NCBI GenBank assembly: GCA_030141605.1
Contig: JAQGDQ010000004.1
Span: 1,922,001 to 1,986,000 of the forward strand
Length of the DNA: 64,000 nt
DNA from: Tubiluchus corallicola
Lineage: Eukaryota; Animalia; Priapulida
Reading direction: 5' to 3'
Positions 1 through 12,669 of this stretch are shown here, in pieces. Made by a program: the position numbers and the translations under genes. Under the pieces are notes generated by a model. The model saw only the letters and a list, made by a program, of their open reading frames with translations, was not told the DNA's origin and did no database searches. How positions within the stretch are numbered: the first letter of the stretch is position 1; every line of letters begins with the position of its first letter.

Positions 1-1129
1 TGCGTCTCAAATCTTATCTGGAATGAAGAAGACGGTATATGTAATTTTAATGTATTTAAGTACTTCTGATGAGTGGTAGAAGCATGCTAGAATTTATTAA
101 TCTCTGGCCATCTAAGTTACAGGAACTGTTACCTTTTTGTCAATTTTAACACAATCCAGTTACCTAGAATTTTGTTAAACATGATTAAAATATTTTCCCT
201 CAATCTGTTTCATTAATTTACAACAACGCTGGAAACTTTTTTCGTCACCATAGCTGTTTAGTTGAGTTATGTAAAAATTAACAGAATTTTAGCATGCCAC
301 TTACTATTACAAGTTAATGACTTGATTTTATACTTACTTTGAAAGCAATTTCAGATCCTTGCTATTCGTGCATGATATCTGTACATTTACAGGTTCATGG
401 CAAATTCATCGAGAATTTGATACGAGTATGTAGCTCACATTGTTGGAGATTTGTGAATTCCATCAGGTTTCTTGTATCCTCTATTCTAGTGTATACTTAT
501 TGTTTAACTAACAACACCAAGTCAACTATAGTGTTGTGCCATTGGGACCGCTGGTCAGTCAGAACCATAATGACTGATGAATATTATAATATTCATCAGC
601 TGGTGATAATAACAGTGATGACAATGACAATGATGGCGATGATGATAGTGTCTTAACCACAAATTTTATGTACATGAACGTTAAGGTGAAAAACAATTAA
701 AATTTTTCTTTTTAAATTTTGGAATTTCCAAGTAAACAATGTATACATATCTTTTTGTATCTATAGGGGCATATGAGCGTCAAATAAGATTAAGAGAGAT
801 GGGTGTCAGAAATCTTCTACAACAGTTGCAGGACACATCTGATACAGTTTTATACGACAAGTAAGATGAAGTATTTTTCATCATGTTAACTTTCAGAATT
901 TCAGTTTGTATTTGAGTAAGAAAGATATAAAAATCCAGAATGTTTCATGTGAAATAATTTTGTACAAAAGTGGATTATGGGTGCAAACTTTGTTTCATTA
1001 TGCGACGGATACAAGAACGAAATGCATTCAATAGAGGAAATCATTTTCTTTTGCTGTGAAAAACTTGAACATTTACATTTTTTATTTTACAGAGTGAAGA
1101 CAGCGTTAAATCAGTTTGGTACTTCCTGA
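1..1129 (+). CDS. ARMC8: Armadillo repeat-containing protein 8 (GID5/Vid28 orthologue, CTLH/GID E3 ligase subunit), last three coding exons; 5' part lies upstream of the window
   Basis: Exons 1-34, 767-860 and 1093-1129 have GT-AG junctions (phases 1 and 2). They splice to [54 protein letters not shown], which matches the recalled vertebrate ARMC8 C-terminus ([24 protein letters not shown]...DKAKMALQQY). Confidence 0.9.
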
Positions 1130-4100
1130 AATAGACACAGTCAGTTCACATACAAGATATTTGTTCAAATAAACACTTCATTATAGCAGCGATACTTTCA
1201 GATTCTTTTGATGTGCATCAGCATATCTACTAGCTGCACTGTAAATCATAAGTCAGCAATAAATCAGCTTCACAGCCTCTCTTGTTGAAGGGCCACATTG
1301 CTGGTAATACTTGTCATCAACGCTAGAATACCATATTGTCTTTCAATTGTTGGACAATTGCTATTTTCGAGTTAGCTGTTATTAAAGTGCTAACAATAAA
1401 AGAAACTTATTTGTTAGCTGGCCTATTGGTAACAAGTCTTGGTTGCAGTATTTGACTAGCATAAAATTTGAAATGTTATATAAAGCTGTTGCTGCATTTT
1501 GTGACAGACAGAGTTTGTGACTTTTTCTAAGTTGCCTTTGTTACTTTTTTCCTCGTGTATAAACAGTGATGTCAAATGCGAAAACCCTGCTTTTCTACAT
1601 TCTACCTGTCTAAAATGAATTATTTAAGCCAGTTTTGGAAATTGACTTATAATAAGAATGACATAAAATGACATTCTACTGTGGCATTCTACATAGCTGC
1701 TGACATGGGTCAGCACAGTTTGATTACATTCAAAATCAAATGTGTATCTGATACTTCCTCCCACGTTTATAAATTATTATCATCAGCAAAAGAAATTTGT
1801 TGACAAAATTCCTTCTACAGTATCTTGCATTAAATATAAAGCTAATGTTTTATCTGTAACTTTTGTAAATGATAGTTGATATACTATCATTTAATAGCAC
1901 AATCAAATTATTATATATTAGTTTAGATTATGTCACTGTATTGATTTAAAATAATAATTTGTAGCCCAGCAAGTTCAACTTTTATATTTATTATTTATTC
2001 ATTATTTCCACTGTTTCACTTTACAGTTTTCTTGTAAAAACTAAAAAGTGATGTTTTTGTACCAGTTTTCCACCATTTTTGTTTTCTGCTTACACTTGCT
2101 GGTTAAATTGCCCTCATTGATTCAAGATGATGTCTTTCTTGATGAAAAGTAATATGCTTCATTTTTCCATGAACTTCTTTTATGAAAATTTCAGTTGTTC
2201 AATCATATTATGCATTTCATGTGTACACTTATTTATATCATATTGTGTAGAACTGAAATTAATTTGATTTCATGTAGATGAATACGTGAAATGTATAAAA
2301 CAGTGGTGTGATTTGTTCTAAGAAATCCTGGCTCACTATTATAAGAACACCAATGCTAGTGTGTATGTAAAGATGGCTTGGATTTCATGGCAAAATGCAA
2401 CTTTCAATTTCTTTGACAGATCCAGCAGCTCTGAAAATGAGCTCATTGTAATTCATTAGTGATGTACAAAATAAAAATTATTTACGAAACAGACGTATTT
2501 CAGAACTAACGTATGGGGCATGCTCACTGAGTCTTTCTTTTTCTGCTTATGGTTAACTAGAGAATTGGAAAGAAAATTCTTTAATAAAACAAAAGTTACA
2601 AATCAAAAAGTCATAAAAATTTAGCAGAATGACTACTAATATACATGTATACCAAAAAACAGATATGTCAATTATACACAAGAAAAATTTAGTTGTTGCT
2701 TTCTTTCCATTTCAGTTCCTGTATGACGCCTAGGTTGGAATTAGTCAATATAAATTAATCTCATTTTGCAGAAATTTACCCACTCTTGAAGCGAAACTTT
2801 TCATTTTAGGAACATCTTTGATTTTTCTTGCTCATGCAATAGGCTCATTGAGAATATTCCCATATGCTATAATCTAGAGGATTTAACTCAGGGCTGTTTT
2901 ATAAGTAATATAATAATACACCCAAAAGCAGAGTTTTCATTTAAAGCATTATGAATTTTGGAAAAAATGTCTTTGTTTTAGAAATGCAATTTTAAAAATA
3001 ACAAAAAAAATAGGAAAAAAATAAAAGTTTTTTCATGTGTATTATATATATATATATATATATAATGCATTTTTAATGTATTAAATGTTTACGCTTCTTT
3101 ATCAAAGGATTTGTGGAGAGTGTTTTTTCTTGGTAACCCTGTAATTCTAAAGCAACAGGAGTCGAATATAAAGGTTTCATTTTAAAGTTTGATATGATTA
3201 ACATAATCGCAGTCAAGTGCATAATAAAACTTTGTAAAAATTATTTAATGTTTGTTTGCACTCCATCAGAAGTGAATAATCATGTACAATTTGATAATAT
3301 GATATATCAGTTTTTACTTGATGCATGTATAATGCTGGATTTGGAAAATGTGAATTAAACCAGACGTGGCTATATTGCCACTATTTCATGTTAATAAATA
3401 TACCCCAAAATACCCAATTTTAAGAGAAATTCTGCTCATCAGAAGCTCGAAAAGCCCTAGGAGGCTCTGTTTGGGTACATTGTCTTAACATTGCCAGGCA
3501 CTGCATAGTTTTTCACTAAAACAGTATAAAAATGCTCAACACATTTTGAGTGATACAATTTAAAACTGGAAAAACTGTAATCCATTATTTTTATTGCGTA
3601 TTTTATTTTTTCTAGCTTGTATCAATTTTCTCCAGCAACCAACGATTAAAATCTGGAAAAATATCAATTAAATGTTTACAAGTGATTTCACAAACTTAAA
3701 ATTCCTGCCTAATTAGTGTACTGTCTTCGAATTTTCTTTACACAGATATGTAAAACGAATTTAAACATTTGAACTCTTCTAGAGAATGTCATTTTACAGT
3801 ATCAAAATTAAACGGAAACTCCGAAGAAATTTGCAAAGCGTTACGTTGGGCTAAGCTGTTAGGCTGAAATGTTGTCCTGCACATCAGTAGACTATTTCAT
3901 ATGGTAATTCTCCTTACAGCGGCTTTTTGTTTCTTAATTTACATATATCAACAAAGAACGATGTTGTAATCATCTTGAATTTGCATATGAGGGAGTTTAC
4001 AAGTATTTTGATTGCAACGATTTTACAAGAACTTGAGAACGTAAAATGAACACTACAATGGGTGAAATTATGAAATGTCCAGAACTTTGCCTAAATTACT

Positions 4101-7100
4101 TGCCCTATCCTGTATCCTATACACGCCAAGTACATTACTTTACCCTGCTGTGAAAACACGCAAACTGCAAAGTCTCCCAACAATCCTCTCATCTTTAGTC
4201 TACTTTACCTTACCTACACTTAGTTCACCTAAGTTACATTACCTAGCTTATGCCACAAAGAAATAAATTTTAGTCTTGATGAAAATTACCAACTCTCTTA
4301 CATTGCGGAGATTTGCTAATAGCGCGAAATAAGAATTTTATGTTCTAAGTCGTAAAATAAAAAAAAAAACAGAAATCAGAATCGGGAAATCATAAGTGGA
4401 ATGCGATAGATGTTTTTTCTCTGAAATAATCAAAAATTATATATGGGTGATGGAGCTACATTCACACTTCCCACCATGCTTAGAATGGCTTGGTAGGCGA
4501 ATTGCAGGCCCTTGGGGAAGCATTCCAGAGTTTTAGATCAATTTTATTACAGGAATAATGTAACTTTATGTTAGATTGATTTTATTATTGGAATAATGTA
4601 GTTTTATCGTTACATGTGTTGTAAGTGATATATCGTCAGTCTACCTTAGCAGGATAGGCAATTATAAAATGTAGTGGAACAAAAGATGGAGAGCGATAAA
4701 GCTTTCAAAAAGGCATTGGGTTGAGAGGAAAGAAGAGGAATGCATTATAGGCCTAATACTGGAAAATGAAAACGTAGAATTTTGAGCCCATTTCACACTG
4801 AAATTCCAATGAAAATGACCCACAGAACTGCTGTCAGAAAATGTCCAATTTTTTTGCGAAAACCCATGTAGCAAGAAACTCCATTTCACAAAGAGATCGG
4901 GTGGTTTTTACGCACGTCAAAGATAGCTCCAGCTACTTTGCGAGATGCAGACTGGTACCTATTAGTGGGTATTACTGAGACGACATAATATTTTTACTGA
5001 GCGCTTATAAATATTATACGACAGCACAGCTTGACGTCGTTACCGAATACACCAATTAAAGAAATAAGACAGCAGCGTGCGCGTGGTGTTCTTGCAACGT
5101 TGTACGACTAGTTGAGAGATGATCGCCAGAAGAAATTCTACAATTATACTAGAAAGACAGAAGAAAAACATCCGATGAGCGGACGAGTTTTTAGCCTGGC
5201 TGTGAGACTCGATTACAAAAAAGATTAAACTTTAGAGACTGCACTAACCCGCCAACTAAGCTATTGGAAACCCTGGGGTGACTTCTCGGAGTGACGCTTC
5301 ATAATTTCAATCAAAATCATAAACGATTATTTCTGCTTCTTGTTTAAGCTAATGCAACTAGCGACCGAAAAGTGTGAACATGGAATGTTTAATAACATTA
5401 AAAGATTGTTGTTTTTTCAGTATTAACCTTTCGGTTTTCATAAAGACTGTGTAACAATCCTGGCTACATTGCACCTTATATCTAAATATGAGTACGTATA
5501 TAATATTGTTAGGAAAAAGTTTTGTAAATACAATTAAGTACATTAAGTACAAAAAATAGAAATGAATTATTGTCATTGTTGTACTATTTTAAGTAGATTA
5601 ACATTCCTAAAGTAAACTCCCTTTAAAACGTGAGGCATTTAAACAGATGTTTTTCTGTGAAGTCGGAAAATATAAACATTTCACTTATATGTACGGAAAA
5701 TTAAAATAATCCCGGGGTTCGGGATTCGTACCTTCATATTCCATTGTATAGAAACTGAAACGTCACGTGACCTAGGCGTGTGAAAGTCTGCGTTTTCTTC
5801 ATTTTCGTTTAAATAAATATGCCCAGTCATGTACAAAAAGCCAGCTTTGTACTTTGATATTCTGTACAATCACGTCTAATATAACTAGCAGTTGCCGCAG
5901 TTGTCATATACAAAGTTCTTCAACAATCTCAGTCGATGTAATATCTGTTTGTTGTTTTTTAAATAACTGCTAACCACTTCAAAATTTATACTTTCATAAC
6001 CTAAATAGGTCTATATGCGTGCGTTATTTTTCTTTTTTATGAATATAACGATCGCTGTTGCACTAGTAAAACAAAAAATCGTCTGCGTGATAAAAGAGAA
6101 ATGAAAACACTTCTAATTTTGCGGCACGACTCAGTGTGAAATGGGCCGTCATAGATCCATTTTATACTATTTGTTTCGTCTGCATACACAGCTTGGCTAT
6201 CTACAATTATCACCCTTTGAATACACTTTGAGTTTGACTTTCCTGAAAGACATAAAGACAAATTTGTTCAGTGCCGTAACCAAAAAACTACTAATGCACA
6301 GGAAGCATTTTTAAAAATTGCATAGATTTTTTGGCTGGAGTGTAGCGAAAGCGATAAGTTGTTGTTGTTGGATAAATAGAAACTTTAATTGAAGCAGCAT
6401 TACGGATTATTACTGACCCCGATAAAACAGTTGCTCGGGTGTGTGCTTTTGCATTTGAAATTTGTAACTTCATGTAGACAAAAATTAAAAAAGAATAATT
6501 AAAAAATACTTAAAAAATACAATTATCGTGTATTTTTGAATCACGCTTTAGGAATGTTGGTGCCTTAGAATGTTCATGGCCATGCTTTATGAAGCATTCT
6601 AATCTTTTCGTTATTACGTCATGATATTGGAATAACCATTATGTGACTGATCTAAAAAAGACTAATGATATTTCGCACGCAGCTAGATTTAATCCACTTG
6701 ACGTTTTAGATCTATATAGATTCTAAGCAAATTCTTGTTACCGTCGCAATTTCAATTTAACTATACGGAAGACGCAGTCGATCTATTTCAAGGTTGATAT
6801 AATATCACTATGTCTAAAAGCTAACTGTAATAGGCCACTTAAACGACTGTCATCATCATTATTATTGACATTTATCATTAAAATATGACCGTATGCCATA
6901 TAAGCCTTAATTTTAAAAAATGTTTAAAGCGGGAAACAAAGAATTTACTACTGTATAGGTTCACCCTTGAGCGTTTGCAAAGCCGCTATGTATTAAACTA
7001 TTGGCAGCTGCACATTACAATTTCAAATATCTGCCTTTCATCTCAACACAATGGCTTCATCGCACAACAGTTCCAAGACTGCAATTAGCATTCTAATTTC

Positions 7101-7412
7101 CGCAGTGCTTATGCAGTGTTTATTTATAAAGTACCTTTACAAGCCCATAAAGTGTTATTAGTTTACAACGAAATTTACTGGAAAGTTATCCACGGATAAT
7201 TAAAATCTCATAAAAGGGGTGAATTGTTATACACCCCTTCGTCGAAGCGCCCTCGTCTTGGTTCTTATTTACACGGTTTCATTGAATAAGTTAATTGAAA
7301 ACTGCTTAAAGCAACAAAATTGAAAGTTTTGTATAAATAAAATTGTGAACTAATTACTGTAAATACACTTTCTGCTGTGTAAAAATTGCTTCTTTTTGTG
7401 CTTTTCTTCTGG

Positions 7413-10400
7413 TTAATTCGACCTTCTCAGCAATTCGTCTGCTGTTATTACGTCATCATCTAAATATCAAAATAAAACTTCTTATCTTGGTCAGTTGCAA
7501 TATCTGCAACAATATTATGCATACAAACTTACAGTAACAGGCCCACACGGACAGAAATTCTGTGCCTCAATGTGCATGAGTTCAAAATCAACTTAAAATT
7601 TAAATGATGTTAAAATTAGTCTGGAATGCGAAGCATTAGGTTACTCGCTAATAGTGCTTTTTCTGCCAAACTGCCAGGAATATGTCGATTAGAACTCCAT
7701 TTGTTAATAGTTACGGAATCTATTTTGTGAATATGTCATTTTGAACATAAACCTAAAAATTTAGAATACGAAGTTGCTCTATTGTTACGTCATCATATAA
7801 AAATAGCTAAAATTTATTGCAAAGACAACAATGAGTACGAAAGCGGCTTCACAATGAAATAAATAAATCTGTTTATAAGCTTACGTCGCAAGCGAGTAAC
7901 CCAATTATACAATCCAGTACGACATTAAGAAAAATCGTTTAATTATAAATATGAAAAAGCAACATACACCCACGTTTAAATGTTTTAAATTGATGTAATT
8001 CTTAGAAACTCGAAAATCGACTATAAAATAACAGCTTGTGTGCATATATAACTACCTTAGTGTTAGTAACCATTAGCCACTTATTTGATTGATTCACCGA
8101 AAATAGATAAAGGATAGATTATATAATAAAATAAGTAGTTTTTTATATAGCGTTAAGAGAATTGCGCAGAATACTGTATTGCACAAAAACAGAAATGTTT
8201 GATGTGATTTAACTTTATATTTTTATACAGTTTAGCACATTGCAAGTCAGAATCCATATTTAGTAATAGCGCTTACTCCATAGTTAATGTTTGCGGTGAA
8301 ATCGGAGCCAAGCTCATTATCAAGGATAACTTTCTAAGATGAGACACTAAATGGTGTTTTAGCCATATTCGGATGTGAATATACACCCACGTCAGCAAGG
8401 TAAACACCCAGAATCATTACGGCGAATGAAACTACTCACAGCGAGTCTTGAACCTGGGCACGAACCATTCACGGGCAAAGCTCAGCGTGACCGAAATTAG
8501 GTCGCGAAGCATCAATGAATAACCACTCCGACTATTCGCCTACCTTCAAATTAATTCTTTAACTAGTTGGCGGAACTTACCATTGACATCTATTAAACGC
8601 TTTACAATGAGATCAGCAAGTTCTTCATTATCATTTATCAACCTTGCTAGTACTGACGCTCGAGCCACCGCCCTAAAACAAAAATTCCGTTCTATTACAG
8701 CAGTAATTGCGGTAATTTCTACGATCATGGTTTCAGAACCTTCTTAAATAGGCTGACTCAGCCTATGAGCTAACAGAGAATGTAGGTAAAAGTGGCACAG
8801 GTAAAACAGGACACACGAAAAAATGGCACGGTAAAAATGGCACAGGAAAAATGGCACCAATTCAAAGGTAGTTAAAATCGGCACAGGAAAAAATAAGCCG
8901 GTAAAAACGACACAGGTAAAATGGCACACTTAGTAAAATATGTGTTTAGGGTTAGGTTACAATGGGGGTAATTATTTTAGCTATCTTTACCTCTGCCAAG
9001 GAAGTTATGCTTCAACAGAGTTTATTTGTTTGTTTCCGTTTTGTCTGTTATGGCAGTAAGTATCTAACATATTTCCAAGAAACTTTGTGAAGAAAGGCAG
9101 GTAAGGGTACCAAAATGGGAACCTTTTCGGCGGTCCGTTTATTGCAAAACTTCACCGAAAAAACCAAATACAAAAACATGCGTGATGTCCAAAAAATATT
9201 CTTAAATACGTATATACGTCCGTCTATTACTATCGCCAGAATTAATGGTTAAAGAAAGGTAGATAAACACTATGTGGAATATTCCTGCATTATTGATTAT
9301 AATTCTATTTAGTGGACAAAATATTTTGTTAGTCTTTTGCTAGTCTATATAATACTAATACTGGTACATTTTTGTATGTCAGCTTGTTTATCTTTGTGTT
9401 ATTTTTTCGTAATCAAAAGAATCAGACGAATAAGTTTAGGATTGTTCGGTTATGGCCCAGGAAAAAATTTCACATAGGTTATTTTGATGCATTTGATTTC
9501 TATAATAAAATTAAAATACGCTCAGTAGGAAGCAGACCTCTGCCAAAGCCACACAATCCTAAACTTATTCATCCGATTCTTTTAATTTAAAAAAAATTAA
9601 CACAAAGATAAAGAAGCAAACACGCAAAAATTTACCTGCATTGGTATTGTACAGACTAGCAAAACACTCACAAAATATTTGCTCATTAAATAGATTTACA
9701 ATCAGTAATGGACGAATGTTAAACATAGCGTTTTATCTACCTTTTAACCATTAATTTTGGCGATGGTAAGAGAGTGACAAATATATACGTACCGAGTCAG
9801 CTTATAAGGCTACACACATTAATAAGCAAACATTAAAAAAACAACCAAACAAACAGACAACAAACTGTGTTGAAACATAACATCCTTGACAGAGGTAAGA
9901 ATAAGTAAAATAATTATCCCGCACTGTAACGCTAACCCTAAATATAATAAATATTTTATATATTTATTTATAAATATATTTTACTAATTGTGTCGCTTTT
10001 GTGCCATTTTTATCCACCTTTCCATTTGTGCCATTTTTTGGAGTGCATGTTTTCCTGTGCGATTTTTACCTACTTTCGTAAAATGTTAAATTAAGCGGGC
10101 GACACGCAGCGCTCTGCGAAGTCAAAGACAAAAGGCAATGAATCATTGAATTTTAATATCCAGCTTAAAAAACTCGCCTTGAATTTTTATAATCGTTTGT
10201 AGACTCTATTACGTAATTTTGCCTTACTTACTCGATGTTCACGTTTCGAAGTCTGTGAAGAAAGTCAAACCAGTTCTGTTAAAGCATTTAAAATCTCGCT
10301 AGACAAGACATTATAGTAGTAGTTCGCACATTATAAAAGGAAACAAAAATGCTGTACTAGTTCTCATATTGATAGGTCTGTGTTGAGAAATACGATTCCG

Positions 10401-12669
10401 GGATATTGTAAGAGATGTGATGTCGACTTGAACCTATAATTCTAATCATTATAATACTATTACTTATATTTACGGAAACGTATCTCAGTATATGCTATAT
10501 TCAAATCTATGAATAGCTTATGAGTGAATCTAAGAGCCTATTTTATCTGCTTTAATACTAAATAATTTGAGATACATCTCAGATAGCCATTAACTTAAGG
10601 TAATATCTGAGACTTAATCCGCTTTGTCCATTTGTCATTTGGCGTGGGCGTTGTAGATGTAGGAAATGAGTTAAAGGATTTAAAAGAACAACTTTTGTAC
10701 AAGTTTTGTTAAGCTATACGTGACCACCAAATCCGGATACATCCCGATTCATTAGGACTTTTATGGACGTATCTTTCTGTACCGAAAATTGTATCTACTG
10801 AAGTGGCATTAAGTTCATCCATAATTTCAGAAAAAAACGTTAGAAATAACGCCGGAAAGCTATGAGCAGTCCGTTTGTGTTTATTTTATTAATTTTTGGC
10901 TTTCATAATATAAATAAATAATAAAATAAACACAAACGGACATATAACCATCTGGATATATATATACTTTAACGTTGCACCTATGTTACATAAGTTTGAA
11001 AAATGAGACCTAGACTAATTGATCTACAATGATAAAATTTTAATGTATAAAACAGAAATCTTAAAAACGCATAGAAAATACAGAAAATTTTACTTTATCG
11101 TTATAAAATGGCCATGGCTAGGTAATAGCTTTCCTATTTTATGCAAGTAGTAATGCCGTCAACTGCGCTTGCTTCTCCTTGGGTATTTTGGCTTTTTCTT
11201 TGCACAGAATTTATTATTGTCACATCGAAAGACATGTTTCATACAGTTATCGACAAAAAATAACGATCAAATGGTGAAACACGTTGGTGTTTTGTCCGCA
11301 ACATCTGTACAAATTCTAGCTCTTTTTCTGGATATAGACGGACAAAAACGTGTGAGTTTGTGCGAAAGCAGTGGACACGTGTGCAAAACAAATAATTTAG
11401 GTGCATTGTGTTCAGAACGGGCAGTTTCCGTCCGAAAACGGGCGTGCTTTTGCAGATCAATCTGGATTTAGTGGATACGTAATCTTGGAAACTTTCCGTT
11501 CTAAACACAATACATCGAAATTAATAGATTCGCGTTCTTTAGATTCGCACGATTGTGTCCACTGCTTCTGCTCAAAATGACGCGTTTGTGTCAACAGACT
11601 CTAGAAAAAGATTTTCCAGAGTGACGGAATTTTTACGAAGGTTGGACAAAACACGAACGTATTTTTTCATGCGATCATTATATTGTGTCATTGACTTTTT
11701 CAAATATGTCACTAAGCCATAATAAATTTTTGTGCAAATATAAGGCCACTTTAAAAGTAGCTCAAAATACTCAAACAGAAATTTTGTGCGATCAACTCGG
11801 GCTAACATTTTTTCTACTAAATTTTATGAGTTTTTAGCATTTCACACTGAAGTATGACGTTATTACAGTTCACTTAATAGCCCGTACACTAGGTCTGTAG
11901 CTGCCAGTGATAAATGTGTTTTTTTTCCTGTCTGGAATCTACTAAATCACAGGGTAGTAAAATATGACTGCAAACTCTTTTCTCTCACTGTCAGCATTGT
12001 TTGTTGTTCAGACGGACTGGTTGAAGATTGTATGTAGTTCAGTTTATTGATCGCTTGTTTGAAGTTTATATCTAGCGCACAGGCAGAAATGCTGAAATAT
12101 GCAAACAGAAAAGTTAGTAGTACATTCAATGGTGACCGTACATAGCTTTCCAGCATTATTTCTAGTGGGCTTTTGCTGTTATTATTACTGAAATCAGGCC
12201 ACTCAGTGGACACAATTTTCCACACTGTCCTTAAAAGTCCGGATGATTCGGGATGCACCAGGATTTGGTGGAAAGGTAGACTACACTACACACTGCGTAA
12301 TATAATCTCAAAATTTCTTTAACTGCGTAACAGCTGGTATAACATAAGTTTCCAAGTTGTAATAGTTGTGCTTAATTGCCTCAGTTATGTTGTCAGTTTT
12401 TTTATGTTCTTTCCACCTCTTTATTCCAAGATAAGTAACGAGCAAAATGTCATAAAATTATTATCTTACCTTTCTGATGAGGACAAATCTGGCACAGAAA
12501 GTAACTGATTTTCATTTGTTTCTAATAAATTTGATCTCTTTCCAAAGCCTCGGGCTGTCTGTAGAGCTGAATTCTTAAATCCCCTAGTCATTCTGTGAAG
12601 AAAGCCATCTGGATAAGCGTCAATGATGACCACAATCGTTATGAATAACAATGCTAACGTGACCTTCAT
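7413..12669 (-). CDS. AT: Allatotropin neuropeptide precursor (112 aa, 3 coding exons); predicted mature peptide GFKNSALQTARGF-amide
   Basis: Coding exons 12669-12470, 8672-8581 and 7459-7413 (200+92+47 nt, GT-AG, phases 2 and 1) give MKVTLALLFITIVVIIDAYPDGFLHRMTR-GFKNSALQTARGF-GKR-SNLLETNENQLLSVPDLSSSERAVARASVLARLINDNEELADLIVKRLIDVNDDDVITADELLRRSN*. It has a signal peptide, an RxxR cleavage site, a TARGF-G-KR amidation/cleavage site and the conserved C-terminal ELAxxIVxxxIDxNxDxxIxxxEL domain. An acceptor just before 12675 implies an upstream non-coding exon. Confidence 0.95.
8300..8545 (-). mobile_element. Probable tRNA-derived SINE (Pol III head) in the last allatotropin intron
   Basis: The minus strand has an A-box-like TAGTCGGAGTGG (8534-8523) and a B-box-like GGTTCAAGACTC (8454-8443) separated by an internal hairpin. 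No complete cloverleaf is evident and the 3' boundary is uncertain. Confidence 0.45.
8778..10077. mobile_element. ~1.3 kb foldback (long inverted-repeat) non-autonomous DNA element
   Basis: Arms ~8778-9460 and ~9540-10077 are imperfect reverse complements along most of their length. Examples are GTAGGTAAAA/TTTTACCTAC, tandem AAAATGGCAC vs GTGCCATTTT, TTACCTCTGCCAAGGAAGTTATG vs CATAACATCCTTGACAGAGGTAA and GAATAAGTTTAGGATTG vs CAATCCTAAACTTATTC. Confidence 0.85.
10869..10941. repeat. 73-nt hairpin with a perfect 23-bp stem
   Basis: GTCCGTTTGTGTTTATTTTATTA ... TAATAAAATAAACACAAACGGAC are exact reverse complements around a 27-nt loop. Confidence 0.9.
11180..11772. mobile_element. ~600 bp degenerate palindromic (foldback/MITE) element nested in the hAT-like element
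   Basis: Paired segments include TTTGCACAGAATTTATTA/TAATAAATTTTTGTGCAAA, ACGTTGGTGTTTTGTCC/GGACAAAACACGAACGT and AAGCAGTGGACAC/GTGTCCACTGCTT. The centre is near 11460. Confidence 0.75.

Larger units (their letters stand above)
10717..12278. mobile_element. Non-autonomous DNA transposon with ~50 bp TIRs (hAT-like), carrying nested inverted repeats
   Basis: Left end TACGTGACCACCAAATCCGGATACATCCCGATTCATTAGGACTTTTATGGAC aligns with the reverse complement of ~12227-12278 (TACCTTTCCACCAAATCCTGGTGCATCCCGAATCATCCGGACTTTTAAGGAC). No TSD was recognised. Confidence 0.7.

Noticed and set aside
6037-6243. Acceptor TTTCAG near 6243 with an open frame as the last allatotropin coding exon
   Set aside because: The 7459-7413 exon completes the conserved DxNxDxxIxxxELL motif, whereas this translation has no similarity. 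It is at most a UTR or minor exon.
8673-12469. Extra allatotropin-like peptide exons as in Lepidoptera
   Set aside because: I found no second TARGF/GFGKR-coding segment. The only GFG-like read (near 9545) lies in a foldback arm without processing sites.
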